Shown in pieces: positions 22,966 through 36,666 of a DNA stretch of 64,000 nt. The position numbers were made by a program, and so were the translations under genes. The notes beneath the pieces are model-generated. The model made no database searches and was not told the DNA's origin. It saw only the letters and a list, made by a program, of their open reading frames with translations. This DNA is from Schizochytrium sp. TIO01 (Eukaryota; Protista; Bigyra: Labyrinthulomycetes): assembly GCA_004764695.1 (NCBI GenBank), contig SMSO01000014.1:1979648-2043647 (forward strand), read 5' to 3'. How positions within the stretch are numbered: position 1 is the stretch's first letter; each line of letters begins with the position of its first letter.

Positions 22966-25900
22966 TGTTGGTTCTTTGGCTTGTCCTTCACCACTGCCTT
23001 AGCAAAAACAAAAAAGTGCCCGAGAGGTACTGCAAATCTGATCCTCGAGACAGGAAAACTTGGATCCGCTGGGCCGGATCACTTGCTGCACGTGCGAGAT
23101 CACTCTTCAATAGCGCAGCGTCGCTTTTCGACAAATGCTCTACCGTTCAGGAGCGGTCTTTGCAGCAAGTGGCGCTTCATACATCGCTGTCTGGCTGTAG
23201 ATCTTTAGCGCCACTGCGACGAGCTAGATGTGAAGGTTAGGCATGGAGCTGTTGATTTTCCAGCTGGAGTACCCATCCTCACAGTAAAGCATAAGTGTTC
23301 AACCAACGTTGAAGAATTACACCATTTGTACTGCTTGAATTGCAACTCTAGCGCTTTAGTAGACTCGGACGTGTACTTTATACCCAAGCTTTGCTCTGCT
23401 CAGAGAGCTATACATCCAACTCCGAATTGCATCCACTTAAACTTCTCTTTTATCTTTATCAAGCCCTTACGATGTATTTGTTTTAGAACGAGCGAGGGAA
23501 GTGCTTCACAAATCGAAGATTTCGACTGGGAGAATAAGATAAGAAAAGGTGTAGAGATAGTTCTAAAGCGGTAGCTGCAAAAGAATATGGCCCTGGGCGC
23601 TGCGGCTGGCAACGATAGATAGTTTGCTGGTGTAGAGGCCATATTATGAAGAGGAACAGGAGCACTTGATCCACTCAACTGACTGCTTTTAATCTTTCAT
23701 TTCATCAACTTCTTGTTTCGATTACTTAACCCCTTATAAATTTTAAACTTTTATTAATTAAAAAAGAAGAAGAAACATAGTATATACCTAGTGCTTTATA
23801 TCTACTTTTCCCTTTTTAAGAACTTTACCAAATACGGTAGAAGCTAGATGCAGAGGGTAATAAACAGAATTATTATTCTCTTTTTCCTGTTCTTTTTTGC
23901 GTTCTTTAATAAGATTAAAGAAAAAGTTACAAATGGAATTTCAGACAATAGTTCTACGAGCATTCGCGTGGCTCATCGAGTCAGGCTGCGAACTCTGGCG
24001 AGGGATATCTCGCTGCTTACCCTTTATATGCTCTTGTGTAGGCTGGGTGCTTTTAGGTAGTACCCGAGCAGAAAAGAGCTGACAATACAAATAGAACAAT
24101 TATCACGATATCTGAAGGTACCCTACTACTGGCAATAGTAGGTCATGCGTCTTCTTGGAGAGACATTCCAAGCCATTCTGAGTTAAGGTACACAGATAAA
24201 AGATCTCTGAGTCCAAAAAATCACCAGTTACAATGCATGAGTACAATTCATTATTACTCAATCCATGACCTGGCGATGGTTATAGTTTACCTCGAGGTTT
24301 TGGGCGCAATTCTTGAACCCCAAACAACACGCAAGTTCCACTAGCTCATTTGTGCAGAAACTTGCAAAGTACGAAGACTACATGCAGAAGGTATGCGTAG
24401 TTTTGTAACCGCGCATCGTTTTTCTTCCCAGAGCCCCAGAATTCATGGTAGCCGCATCTCTTTAATTAATATTAATAGGATAATAAGGAAGAATAGTACA
24501 AATTAAAGGATTCAATTACTTAAACTTGTGCCGAGGCGTGTGTATACCGTCTCCCGAATTTGCCAGTAACTTGAGGCAGAAAAGAGCAAGTATTCGCCAT
24601 TCCTTCCTGTTGTTTTGAACTGATGAAACTTAGATTCAAGATACCTAATATGCAGTGATTTTTAGATAATTATAGCACAATAGCTGGTGAACAAAAACAA
24701 AGGAGTATTCGTGCACCAAAAGTTGAGCGAGCATGGCTTATAACTCTGCTGATCAATGAATTGAATATCAACCAAGGATCTCTTGTCCCCCCTGGACTCG
24801 GAAAGTGGTGGACATCTTATCGTCTCCTTCAAGTTCCATGTGCCAGTAGTAGAGAGGATTAGTACCACATACTAATTCCATTGGTCTTACTTGTAAGCTC
24901 ACCTTTGAAAGCCGGGCTGGGCCGTGGCAGTGTGGCTTTGGTTGCAAGTTGTGTATTCTGCTTGACACTTCGGACGGATAAGGCACGTTCCGACAAGTTT
25001 CAATGCATCCATGAAGTTTGCCCAGACTAAGTCGCACCTTGCTGCCCAAATTGCAACGCGTTGCATGCACATGAAGGTTTATTTTATCCTCAAAATTCGA
25101 AGAAGGCCAACCATCTTTTTTATTTTTAGATAGACTGCAATCATTATATCTTTTTCCCCACTTTTTTTAAAACTACTTTTTAAAAAATAAAATTAAATAA
25201 AGTGATAAAGTAATACATATTGTAAGCTGCATTTCTAGGATTGTCTATACTCGATTTCAATTAAATATAGAAAGACTACCAAAAAGAGAAAAACCTTCAA
25301 TTTGAAAAGTTATGCAGGAAAGTTTCGTTTTGGAGTCATACCTCGAGTCCCCCTCTCCGTGGTTTCTCGGTTTCTCTAAAGAGACATGCATACTTCCTTG
25401 CATAGTGCCTGCCTGGCTGGGCTTATCGCGTACCTTCTTACAAGCTACAAGCTTAGATTTATAAGCAAGTTTAATGGTCTTCATTCGCTAGGCTTGTAAT
25501 AAGGAGCAGCTTTCCGCTGATTAACACAATGACTACTGGTAGCAAGGCAAATGTGTGCATGGTTCTAGCTATGTCAATAGCCGTATCTATAATACTGTTT
25601 ATGGAAGAAGATGACAAAACCCACCATGAAATGCGAATTCTAATTATCCCATTAAAAAGTTCATCAAATTTTCAACTTTCCTCAGTTTCTAATCAGTTTC
25701 ATGAATAAATCTCTGTGAAATAATACAGCAGTGCTTGTGCTGCCGCATCGTACTACACGAAGAAGTCCGCGGCCTTGGGCACGAGAGAAATCAGTGCACT
25801 GCCTTGAAAGGCCGGCTCGCTAAAGTGAGCACCGCGCCCGTGGCCTCCTCATCAAAGCCCAAAAACTGCGCACGTGTCCCTGCTGGCACGCGGCACAGTA

Positions 25901-26149
25901 TTTCTAGCGTGTGAAAATGTAAATTGCCGAGTCTTGCGAAGGGCTCAAGAAAACCACATGCTGGCCTTTAGATAATTCGATGCAGGAAACTCCTTTGTGG
26001 CAACGAGCAGGCTGACGTAGGGGACCCTGGGTAGTAAGGAATATCAATATGGCTTATGGAGCTGTCCTGGTTGTCGCAGTGCTGACTCATCGCTCAACAT
26101 CTCAAGAAGAAATGATGACCATCTCTAAGCATATGCTTTGATTGGCACA

Positions 26150-26750
26150 CCTTGAGTTGCTTTAAGAATGAAAATGACCATCAAAGTAGTACAAGCTATT
26201 TCAACTTCTCATTGTTCTGTGTTTATGGCATTTCAAGGAGGCGCCTGATGGCCCTGAAGTGATGGCTTTTGGTCAGCTATTGCACGAAGTTATGTCTGTT
26301 GGTTGATTTGTATGCTTTGCCAAGCAGAATATGGTGGTCTGTGATGATGCAAGCGGAGAAACCTGGCTCAGTGTCAATCCTTTTCTGTATTTCATGGTTC
26401 ATGTTCCAGACTGAGTTTATTTGTTGAAAAGCGTGGCACGAGCTCGAAGCGAATAAGTGCACAAACTTCGTGCCAAGCGGTTGACGAAATCGGAATCGTC
26501 ATCATGGTCTCCAAGTTGGCCAACCTCGTCGATTGAAAGCAACAATTCCACTTTCACTTTTTCACTGCCCCATTAGAAAAGATCACTTCAACTCTTTTTC
26601 GGAAAGTTGATTTAGTTGCAAAGAGTTAAAATCACCATAAAAATCTGGATATGCTACTTTTTAGACGCTCAACTGTTCGATTAAATCCGTGGAATCAAAC
26701 TTGCTGGTCAACTCTCATTGATTGTAGCCACGCCTGATTCACTGTATTAA
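26150..26750 (-). pseudogene. Decayed P-loop NTPase-like coding remnant (possibly Crinkler/CR-NTPase type)
   Basis: Minus-strand fragments occur in order across frames: GVATINES, LTSKFDSTDLIEQLSV*KVAYPDFY, KVKVELLLSIDEVGQLGDHDDDSDFVNRLARSLCTY (hhhhDE Walker-B-like, 26560-26450), SACIITDHHILLGKAYKSTNR and ILKATQGVP. There are many stops and frameshifts. Confidence 0.35.
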
Positions 26751-29700
26751 TTGTCGTTTTAGCGCAGGGTGATAATAGTTGTGACCAGCTTGTGCTCGAA
26801 TGTCTATTAATTCCTAATCATAGAGAAATAAATAAAGTTATAGTGCTCTCTCAATAATCAAAATCATATTCGAATTTTAGATAAACTTTACGTGAAAACC
26901 TATCTCTGCTAAAAGTAACAGAATCAAGGCCTACGATGGTACTCAAAACAAAGGAAAGATTTGCTACCTCCAAATCTTACTCTAGTCTGGAACTAACTCG
27001 TATGCACAAACTTTGCCAAGTAGCCTAGAGGACGTAGCAAAGTATTAGAGCCTATGCTCAAGGTAGAAACATACTAGCAAGAAAAAAATGAAAAGTAAAA
27101 CTTTTTTCTAGAAAGAATATGTAATTTTAAAAATCGATTAGCAGAATAATTGCTGGCAATGGTTGGTTTGCAGCATAACGAAGGAAATCGCTACGTTTGC
27201 ACATACAACAGTGATTTTGGAATTAATTCAAATTTTTCCGCAGTATTGTAACTTGCAGCACTGGTAGTCTTGCAGTGAAAATGGGTATTATCTACCTCAT
27301 TTTCTGGATTTTCCCTATAACCCTTTGTTGTACTTGATGCACTTACTATTGCGTGTGTATAACAATGTTCCTTCGAACCTTCACATCAGCTTTGATTTGG
27401 AAAAAGCTCCTGGAGACCATGACTTATCAGCAATTTCACAGATAGCTGGGCCAGCACTATTAGTATCACAGCTTAATTATCCTATATCTGGTGGAAATTC
27501 TCTAGAAGGAGGTGGTTAAAACCTGGTGATCAATACTACATACAATTGTTCATCATTCGATTTTGTGACACACATTTTACAAGGCAGTGCCTTTACTATT
27601 CGGCATCTAAGATAGATGTACAAACGAGCTATTACCCAAAAAGAGAAAAAGGATATAAATTGAATGTCAATCCAGCAGTGAATTGCCCCTTGAATGAATG
27701 AATTTACTATTTTTACGCTACAGTTTCTTAATGGTTCCTGATCTCTCTTCTCTGCATTTTACAAATTATCAACATCTTTACTTCAATACATTCACGTCGA
27801 TACTTATAATTAAATATATTATTTCAAACAAAGACAAAGCGTACATCTTTACATTACAATAACCTTGCTACGACAAACTTCAATGCTCTCGCTGCAGCAT
27901 CTTCGCAATTGAGCAATGAGGTTCTTTCCGATGGACCCTCTTAAGATAGAGCTACAGAAATCAATCATAAATGATAAACTTGATTTGTCCTGGTGCGTCG
28001 TGCACTCCGATGTTCGATGATGGCTTTCAACGCCTCCTCCCTTCTGGGAAGCGTTCTCTGAACCTTATGTGGTAGGAATTTAGAGGCTGGGTAAGATAAG
28101 AGTTTTTAGTAGATACGGGACTATTAGCACTCAGTAGTACTTTTTAATCCTGTTTTTTCTTACCAGGCCAATAGTTTCTGTGGTAACAACTGGCTCGGTG
28201 CACAAGTCTTTGGACTCACTCTCACGAACATTAAAAAACTTGATCCAGGTATGATGAATCGGAGGCGCAACCTAGGAACAGCGCAAAACCTAAGCATGAT
28301 ATCTCCGAAGATGCAGGCTACGGCCCTGCACTTTCGCTTGCAATAATCATGATTTTCAGATGCAGAATTTCAGGAAGAGGCCTCGGAATGGGCATCTTCG
28401 TTTCCGATGGGGAGTATGGAAATCATTAGAGCAGGAGAATCTGCCCTCTCTCCCTCCCTCTCTCCCTCCCACGTTTCCTTCCCTATGCCATGCCGTGTCC
28501 TGCTGGACTTGAGAAATGATTATATCAGCGAATCGTTGTGCAGAGTGAAATGGAAGTCCCTGATTCCCCATTCTTAAAGTACCAAGGCTAAGGCATCGAA
28601 TTATCTCACTTGGTATATTGGAGCAGCACGTAAAAATTCGACTCCAGGCCTGATTCGAGAGTCGATGGCTCTTCCCGTTGGCACATGAAAATATTGGAAT
28701 TCTTGTAAAAGTATGGCTCAGCCACACTATTTGATAGAACAACACAACACGTTATTGGATTGCTATTATCATATTTCTATTTACTTAAGAAGATGCGTTA
28801 TTGCTTTTACGCTGCCACCATTGCAACTAAATTTGAGGAGTGTGAAAGCCAGCAACGGATGTGTTGATCGGCAATCTAGCTAGCAGAAAAGGCCAGATAT
28901 CCTCCGAGACGATTACTTTCCAACGATCTGAGTTGTGGTCGCGACGCCCTAGTATGCAGCTGTCTTCGAAAACTACTCCATTCTAGGCGAGTCAGCTTGG
29001 CCAATCAATGTTTTGCAGGGTTGCTTCGTTTCTGCATATGAAAACTAATTTCTGTGTGTTATTATTATACTTTTATCTTTTAATTTAATTAGAAAAAATT
29101 AAACATTTTGCTACACAATCGAAAAATATTGTCGAACCTGAGCAACTGGTGCGTCGAAACGTTTCAAACTTGCTCTTGAAGGTGGCCCGGCTCGGGATAT
29201 GGCGCCCCGGCCGTGACTTTCCATGGGGGTTCTTTTTCGCGTTGTCGGCGAGCTGGGCCTCCCGAAAACTTCTATATAGTAGGATATAGAGATTATTATT
29301 AATAAGATTATTACCGGGAAGATCTACACTTTGCACTGTAAAGTAACGCTTAATATTTTCCGAGTATGTTTTTGCCTGTGTGGTCTACGCCTCTCTCTTC
29401 GAGGTCTCCAGACTTGGCAGCCGTCCTGCTCGTCAGCGAGAGCCTACTAAGAGTGTGTTTCCTTGCACATTTATTTTGAAAAGAAGAGTTTGCAGAAATC
29501 AGTACCTGTATAACTCCATAATCTCAAGGGCTATTATGCTAAATGAAACCATAATCAACGCCCTGTCTACATCAAAAAATTGCGTATCAATAGTGCCTTT
29601 CCAGAGTTTAAACTTAAAGCAAAATTGGAGTAGTTATCTAATGTCTTGGCTTAAAATCACAGTGGCTTGCGGAGGGGTGGGATGGCACAATTGCTCTATT

Positions 29701-29899
29701 ACACGATAGAGCCAAATGAAATACAGGCAGCTCGCTAGTTGAGAGAGAAATTAGGTGGGAGCTTGCTAGTGAGGAAAGGTTTTATCTACACCTGCTAGGG
29801 CAAAAAGAAGAGAATCTACTTGAGAATATCGAAGAACCTTCGATCCAAAGATATAGCGAATCTTTATTGGAAAGTATGTCTAAGTTGATGTAAATTTGC

Positions 29900-31100
29900 T
29901 ATCTCATTCACATCTAAAATACCGCCTGTTCATTGCAGTGCTTTTCCTTCTATATGAGTATTCAAAAACACTTCACCCAGCATAGAGATCCAAATAAGGT
30001 ATATAAATTTTATCAAATGTAGATTAAGATTCAAATGAGTATTCTTCAACATCATGAAATATGAAGATAAAGTCACTGAATTCTTGGATTGCTCAGAGTT
30101 GATTCCAGATCAACCAAAAACCGACTGAAGAGATGAAGGCCAGGATGTTGGAACACATGATAGGTTTAACACGCACTATACAATCAGGTCTAAAGAGTTA
30201 GCGATCTGCTGACCTCTTGAATGAACATCCGGATGGGCTTGTTTATATTCAAATTAGGAGACTAAAGCAGACTCCATCTCTATCACAAAGAATCCAAGAG
30301 GGCTAGTTGGCTTGTTTCATCAACCTCTAATTCAGGTCTGCCCCTACCTACTCCTTTGATTGCACTCTCACTCTTGAGTTCTGTTGGACTCGCACCTTTG
30401 TATCTGAGATTCAAGCTCATATCATATACAATTCCTAAAAATTTAGGACCTTTATGGTACACCAAGGCCTTTGATGAAGTTCCGTATGAGCCTTTGATTG
30501 GTAATCTCGACAAAATGCACTATTGGCTAATCGCTGTCAGGAAATACACTGTCCTGTTTCAACTTTGCAGATGTTCAGAAGGGATGAAAGTCCCAACTAC
30601 AACACGACAGCCACAATTATCAACCCTGAAGTCTTAACAATGGGTTCACTTCAATCGGAAATTAATCTGTCGAACTTCTTCAGCTTTCCACCACCACAAA
30701 CCCTCTAAGAGTGACACTACAGCACGATTTGCAAGTTACTTGATAGTTATGCGAGGAAGTACTTTTCTAAGCCCTAGCATCTATCGAAATTCACTCCTTC
30801 GTCGTTAATGATATTGATATCGAAAGAAGGGCTGTGATTTGTCGGACAAATTCAGGATAATCATGCAGAACGTTTCTTGAAGATCATGAATCTTACGGTA
30901 CCGACAATGGCGCAAATGGAAGTGCCACTATGACTATGGCATCATCGAATCATTGTCACAAGAATGCACCAGTACAACATAAGCATCCCTACTTCAATGT
31001 ATACTTTTAACCCTCTTGAATATGCGAGCGTATATCAAGCGAACTTGGAATGTGGAATTGCATTATTTGCACCTGAAGTAAGCATGCCTTCAGACTAATT
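29900..31100 (+). pseudogene. Unidentified decayed coding-like segment
   Basis: Overlapping protein-like fragments in shifting frames (KYEDKVTEFLDCSELIPDQPK, GPLWYTKAFDEVPYEPLIGNLDK, ESPNYNTTATIINPEVLTMG, YTFNPLEYASVYQANLECGIALFAPEV) are broken by stops. The family was not recognised. Confidence 0.3.
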
Positions 31101-34081
31101 CATATAATAACACAAATAGAGTATCGATGAATTCAATCAGCATTAAAATGAGTTTATATGCTATGAAATTTATGCAGTAATCAACATGTCGATACAACAA
31201 TCTTAGACCATCTAAAATAAAGGACATATGATGAGAATGTACTAGGAACAGCGCCTTTTCTAAAGCACCATGTTAGTGAATTTAGCTATAGAATTTCTGA
31301 GCCAGTGCTGCTGCTCCAATTAGAATCAAAAGAGCCTGAATCAAGTCAAATTTCATGGATATATAGCAATTACATCTCTGGTCCATGTTTTTGGTATGCA
31401 TGGCCAAACTGAAGTCGATGCAAAATATTTTTTTGCTTCTTTTCTTGCGGAAAAAGCTTTATTTCTTTAGATCGCCGGGTAATAATACAATAAGTGAGTG
31501 AGTTTCACAAGAATCTCAACAACTTTTCTACATTTTTTTTCTGCGAGATTTAAATGCACTTATCCAAGCCCGCATCTATAAACCCCTTACCGTTCATACC
31601 ATCGTCGATAAACTAATCAATACTTTGCACTTGGATCTGTTCAGTGGCTCATCAGTTACAGCTTGATGGTTTAGGTGTTTCACATGCTCTCTTGGCATAC
31701 ACATGATCAGTAAGACCAACATATCTCCGATTAGAAGATGAAGGTAGGATGCTTAGAATCTTGAAAGAGCCTTCAAGTGGCGCCGTACAACTAAGACTTA
31801 ACGATCGGCTGAACTTGGAAATGTAGCTTATGATAGTCAAACAAAACTTAGATGCGGCGGCCTAGGACGGACATTACCTATAGTGAAAAGAATTAAGAGA
31901 GGTAAAGCTGATGCCTCAACCAATTACTTCGAGTTTGGGCTTTCACAAACAAAGCAAAAGAGGTGCAATTGTTTCACTCAACCAGTCTTACTCCTTACAC
32001 TCCTAAGTTCATCAAGGTAAAAACAGGTTGACTCGAGACTCTGGCGATATCTTGCGCACAAGATTCCTCGGTGGTGCTATCAGTTCTTGAAGCCCTTGAC
32101 AAATCTAGGTAAACCAAAATATAGCCAGGTCAATTCCAAAATCTAATATCTATAAATTCCGTTCTTATGACAAAGAGGAGTTACCTTATAGGCACGGTTT
32201 TGCACAGTAATGTGATGGATACTAGTATGTTGAGTTGATAACTGTGGTTCAAGCTCTACAGAAACATTAAAACTCGTTAAGACTCCTTGGTAACGCTTCT
32301 TAGTAACTGCACAGTGAATTTTAATTTCATGACACTAAATTGCAAGTTTATGACATAAACAGTATAAAATCTTTGAAGGACTTCACTATACCATCAGATA
32401 TCTCGGTCTCTTCATAGCTAGATGCTATCTCACGGTCATCTTCCAAAACATCTGCACAATTTGTAGAGACTTTTCCTTTCACACTCAGGGACCGACACCA
32501 GAGCATCTTCAATATAGAATTCATTCTATCAGCTGAAGCTAAGACAGCATATCGAAGGATAGTGCATAGAGTTTTGGGAATTCTCTAATCTTAGCTTATG
32601 TGATCAATTGGCTATGGACAATAGAAATGAATTCACACAATACTAGATGACGATACCATATGATTCTGTAATGAGTTGTTTTAAATTAAGGCTTGCACGA
32701 CGACATTCATAGCTTGCAATCTCGATCTACTGAATTCATCTAATGACTACGATCCGCTAAATATCGTGATGTGATCAGCTAAAGGTCGACTAATCAAAAC
32801 AAAGCAAAGCCTTTTGACGCCTTTGAGGCAGTTCAAAAATCTTTGTGTACTTCTATAGTTAGTAACAAGCTGAAATAGGAACTAGCTTATGTCATCCGGA
32901 TTATACAGATTTAAAGATCACATGTCATAATTTCTCTCCAATCATCACTTTGAGTTTCTGCAATACACACCTCCCGACTATAAAGTGGCGCCATGGTGCT
33001 GAAATTCTCAGCTTCACTTATTTGTGTTGAGATCTCGAGTCAAAGGAGCATAAGATGTTGCTAGACTTTCTGACATGTCATTGTTGTAAGTTTTAAAAAT
33101 TTAAGATTTACATAGGATTAAAACAAGCCAACCAAACACGTGGTTGTAAATTAAAGGTAGTGAAGAACCAAAAGTATAAATATTCAGTAGAATTATTAAA
33201 ATTAATTAGGTAAATTATAAATATAAACGCCAGCCCAACCTCTTCAATTGCTATGCCAAAGATAGATCAAGCCTATCGTATTGACCATATTAAAACATGG
33301 ATCGGTATGCTTCGGAAAGCAGATTACTAAGTCTAAAGTCGAACTTCATAAAGCCTACGCCACCTTTGATAACTATCCTCAAGCATTTTCTTGAGTTGAA
33401 CTTCTCAGTCAACTTCTTGCTGACAAGATTAATCTCTTAGCACTTCGGTCATCTTGGTAATTCTTTTTAAACACACTCAAAACCTTCAGGACTGGATGCC
33501 AAGAAATTTAACAAGATCTTGCCTATCTTAACCATTGGCTGGTGATCTAGATATACCTAGTCTATCAGACGTGTAAGCATAATATGGTCTCTTCTTGAAT
33601 CCTATCAGGCTTGCAATAGCTTTCAAGGACTATTTCTCTATTTTGCTGAAGCAATCTCCCTGCTATAAATTTGAATACTTTATCCCAGCATAAGCATTGA
33701 GAGGATATTTTTTGTTTGTCAGATATGTGTTGCAAGAGTTGACCAATAACAAGTCGGACAATGGTGATACAGCTTAAGTGTTTGATGAAAATTATAGTAA
33801 GTGATTTTAAGGCATGCTAGTTAGAAAATATAAATATATTGTCTGAGTTTTAGAATTTTATATTCATTGAAATAGTTTAAACACCCAGCGCTCTTATTCT
33901 TAGTTTCTGATTCTGCTAAGTGTCTCACAGCCCCTGTCAAGTCTTATGATTTTGCTTCCTAAGTATACAATTAGATCAAAAGGGACTTGGCGTTTTCAAA
34001 CTTATTCTTTCTATTTGATACCTCAAAATTTATAAACCAGATGAGGGCTGTAATATAGTGTTCAGTTAAATGAGCTAATAA

Positions 34082-34100
34082 CCCCCCCCCCCCCCCCCCC
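34082..34100 (+). repeat. C19 homopolymer (G19 on minus strand)
   Basis: Directly visible in otherwise AT-rich DNA. Confidence 0.95.
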
Positions 34101-34536
34101 TCATAAATTGACGAAGACATTTCGAGTTTCTGTAATACAGTTTTGAGACGTTGAGCTTGTTGACGTTTCCTTCCTCCTTGACTTCGAATCAAAAAGACTT
34201 ACTTGCGATTCTCTAAATTGGTTGATATATCTATAAATCTTTGCAAACCAGTCAACATCTTTGATGATGTGCTCCTGCTACTCATAATAACTACCAGAAA
34301 ATCTATACCTATGAAGTATACCCAAATCAGTTTCATAGCGTACTACATTCTCTACGAGTGATTATCGCAAGGAAGTCAAGGAACTATTTTCAATGAGCAC
34401 AGAGAAAAAATATTTTCCCAATCAAAATCAGACTGGATTTAATCACAACCACAATTTCAAACTTTGTTTCAAATGGATTTCTCAGTTCCTATTATATCCC
34501 TGAGATTAAAATGTCAATGAAAAGGTTAAAGTAATA

Positions 34537-34941
34537 TTAGTCAAACAAAGCATTAAGGTCCACTGTGTCCTCAGATGCCTCAACGACAGTTCCAGAGGCA
34601 TCGATTACAATGTGAAATGGATAGACTCCCTCACGAATATCATACTTGGCCGGAATCTTGCCAAGAAAGCTTTCGCAATGAGTAATGTCTTCATCACCAA
34701 GGAAAGATTGTGCTGTAGAAGCACTATCCTCGACATTGAGCAAAATGACCCGAACAGTAGAATGAGTCATCGCGAACTCCTCAGCTGCTTGCAGAGCAGG
34801 TTTGCACTCGAGGGCCTCAGCGGTGTAAATTACAATTACAACAGGGGTGCCGCGACCTGCAATCTTGCTCATCTTTGTGCGTGAGGCATCTTCGCAAGAA
34901 GAAAGATTAAAGTCTGGGAACTTCTTGCCCTTGACTGGCAT
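34537..34941 (-). CDS. Thioredoxin-fold redoxin (TlpA/AhpC-TSA-like) small protein, 134 aa, lacking canonical CxxC
   Basis: From ATG 34941 it reads MPVKGKKFPDFNL...GTPVVIVIYTAEALECKPAL...VRVILLNVED...KYDIREGVYPFHIVIDASGTVV. This matches the G..fPdf.L / pvvl.fwa.wC..C / vl.vnvd / y.i.g.P..vvid..G.v pattern of TlpA-like proteins. Confidence 0.75.
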   Translation of the reverse strand: MPVKGKKFPDFNLSSCEDASRTKMSKIAGRGTPVVIVIYTAEALECKPALQAAEEFAMTHSTVRVILLNVEDSASTAQSFLGDEDITHCESFLGKIPAKYDIREGVYPFHIVIDASGTVVEASEDTVDLNALFD

Positions 34942-36666
34942 CGTAAATTGCAATGAACAACGTTGTTTACCCGATCGAGTTCTTTCTGTGTGCTCTCGTA
35001 AGGAGCAGCTGACACACCACAAGGAACTTATAGTACGGCTAGAGGCTGTGGAGCCGAGGGTGCTATCTGAAGTCAAGTGCCTGGATCGAGACGCTCCAGA
35101 TGAGTTCAAGGTCTGCCACGCGCTCGAGTTAACTTTTCACGCGCTCAATCATACTTTGTCTAGATCGGAGCCAGCGCGGTGTCTCAATATACAAGACAAC
35201 GTAAATCATTTAGTTAATAAAATAATACACTATAGTTTGGTCTGTAACAGTCGCACATAAAATCTTTTCAAGATTGTGAAATTGCAGCGGCACTCTCTCA
35301 CTAGCTCAAGCTCGCCCAGACTTGTTGCTTAACATATATTTTCACCGAAGAGTACAAGTCCCAATCAGGGTGAAGGTTTGGAGGAGATTCCTGTTGTAGC
35401 GAAGAATTGAATAGTAGCTGCCAAGATATTTCAGTAGGCTTCATCCGTGAATATTTATTTACTACCCTGAAAAAAATCCATAGGTACAATCGCGCGTGTA
35501 ACAAAAACGTTTAATCCCAGATCACCGGGTAAGTATTTTCTCTAAGAACCTTATTGGTTGCATGTAGTTTGTAGGTTGTGCAAAGGTTTTCGACGGCTAC
35601 TGTGTATACTAGAACAAGGCAATATGTCTTTCTTGTTTTAAACGATAATCTAAAGACCCTCCTAATCGTGTGGTGAATACTATAATTGAAGATAGAATGT
35701 TTGAAAAATAAACTTGACCATTTTAAAATAGTTACCCGATGTATATTCTCTTCAGTTAACAATAAAAACAACAACTGCTTTACCGTATTAAGCAACCGGT
35801 TTGTAATTCTACTCGATCTTATTAATGTTTATCTTTGAGCCTTAGGCTGATCATTAGAATCGCTATAAGGAATTTTATACATGTGCGTCAGAAATCGTAG
35901 AAACTCATGCAAATATAACGTTCAGTAAGCCTAAATCAGGATCATGAAACTATCAAAAAGGACAGCAAGGATAGAGCAAAACGCTAAATCTAAAAGTATA
36001 TGGTAACATTTCGAGGTTGATTTTGTTAAAGCTACCTAGAGCAGATTTCATGTGAATGGTATCTATATGTAGGTTTCATCTTCTAATTCAGAAAGGCGCA
36101 AGGCCCTTTAGTAACAGGGTTATAGCGTGTAGGTTGTGCTAACATATGCCTGAGATAACCAATCGAGGGAACCGCTTACGTCATACTAGAGCAGCACAGT
36201 TTTGTTCAGCTAGTCAAAGCCTCACTTCCAGATCACTATGCTGTGGTACAAAATGTTCTGGTAATTTAGCTTTCATGTTTTGTGGTGGTGCAACTAGAAT
36301 TAAATTTCTCACGAGTATCATTTTGAGTGCTTCCCCATGAATGCGGCGTAGAATGTAGGTGTGGAAAATCAAGGTTTCTCACGTCATTGTGAGTATTGTA
36401 CAATTCTCACAATTACACTTTCTGCTGTGAACATAGCAATCTACTCTGGCAAGACCAGGGGCCAAAATTCATTCACATAAAATGATTGGTGGGCGGTTTG
36501 TGTTGAACAGGAATATACAGTATCTGGGTCAGATTGCCGGGATTTCATGCAGGCAAACTCTTAGAAAGCTTCAGATGGTGCTTCAAATTTTCTGGTTTGG
36601 TGTTCATAACCAAACCTGAAGTGCGCAATTGCGAAGACAAAAGATCAGCAGTTGACAATGACTGTA

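Noticed and set aside
22675-23240. ORFs with MYVC / IHTY repeats
   Set aside because: Translation artefacts of the (CATA)n microsatellite.
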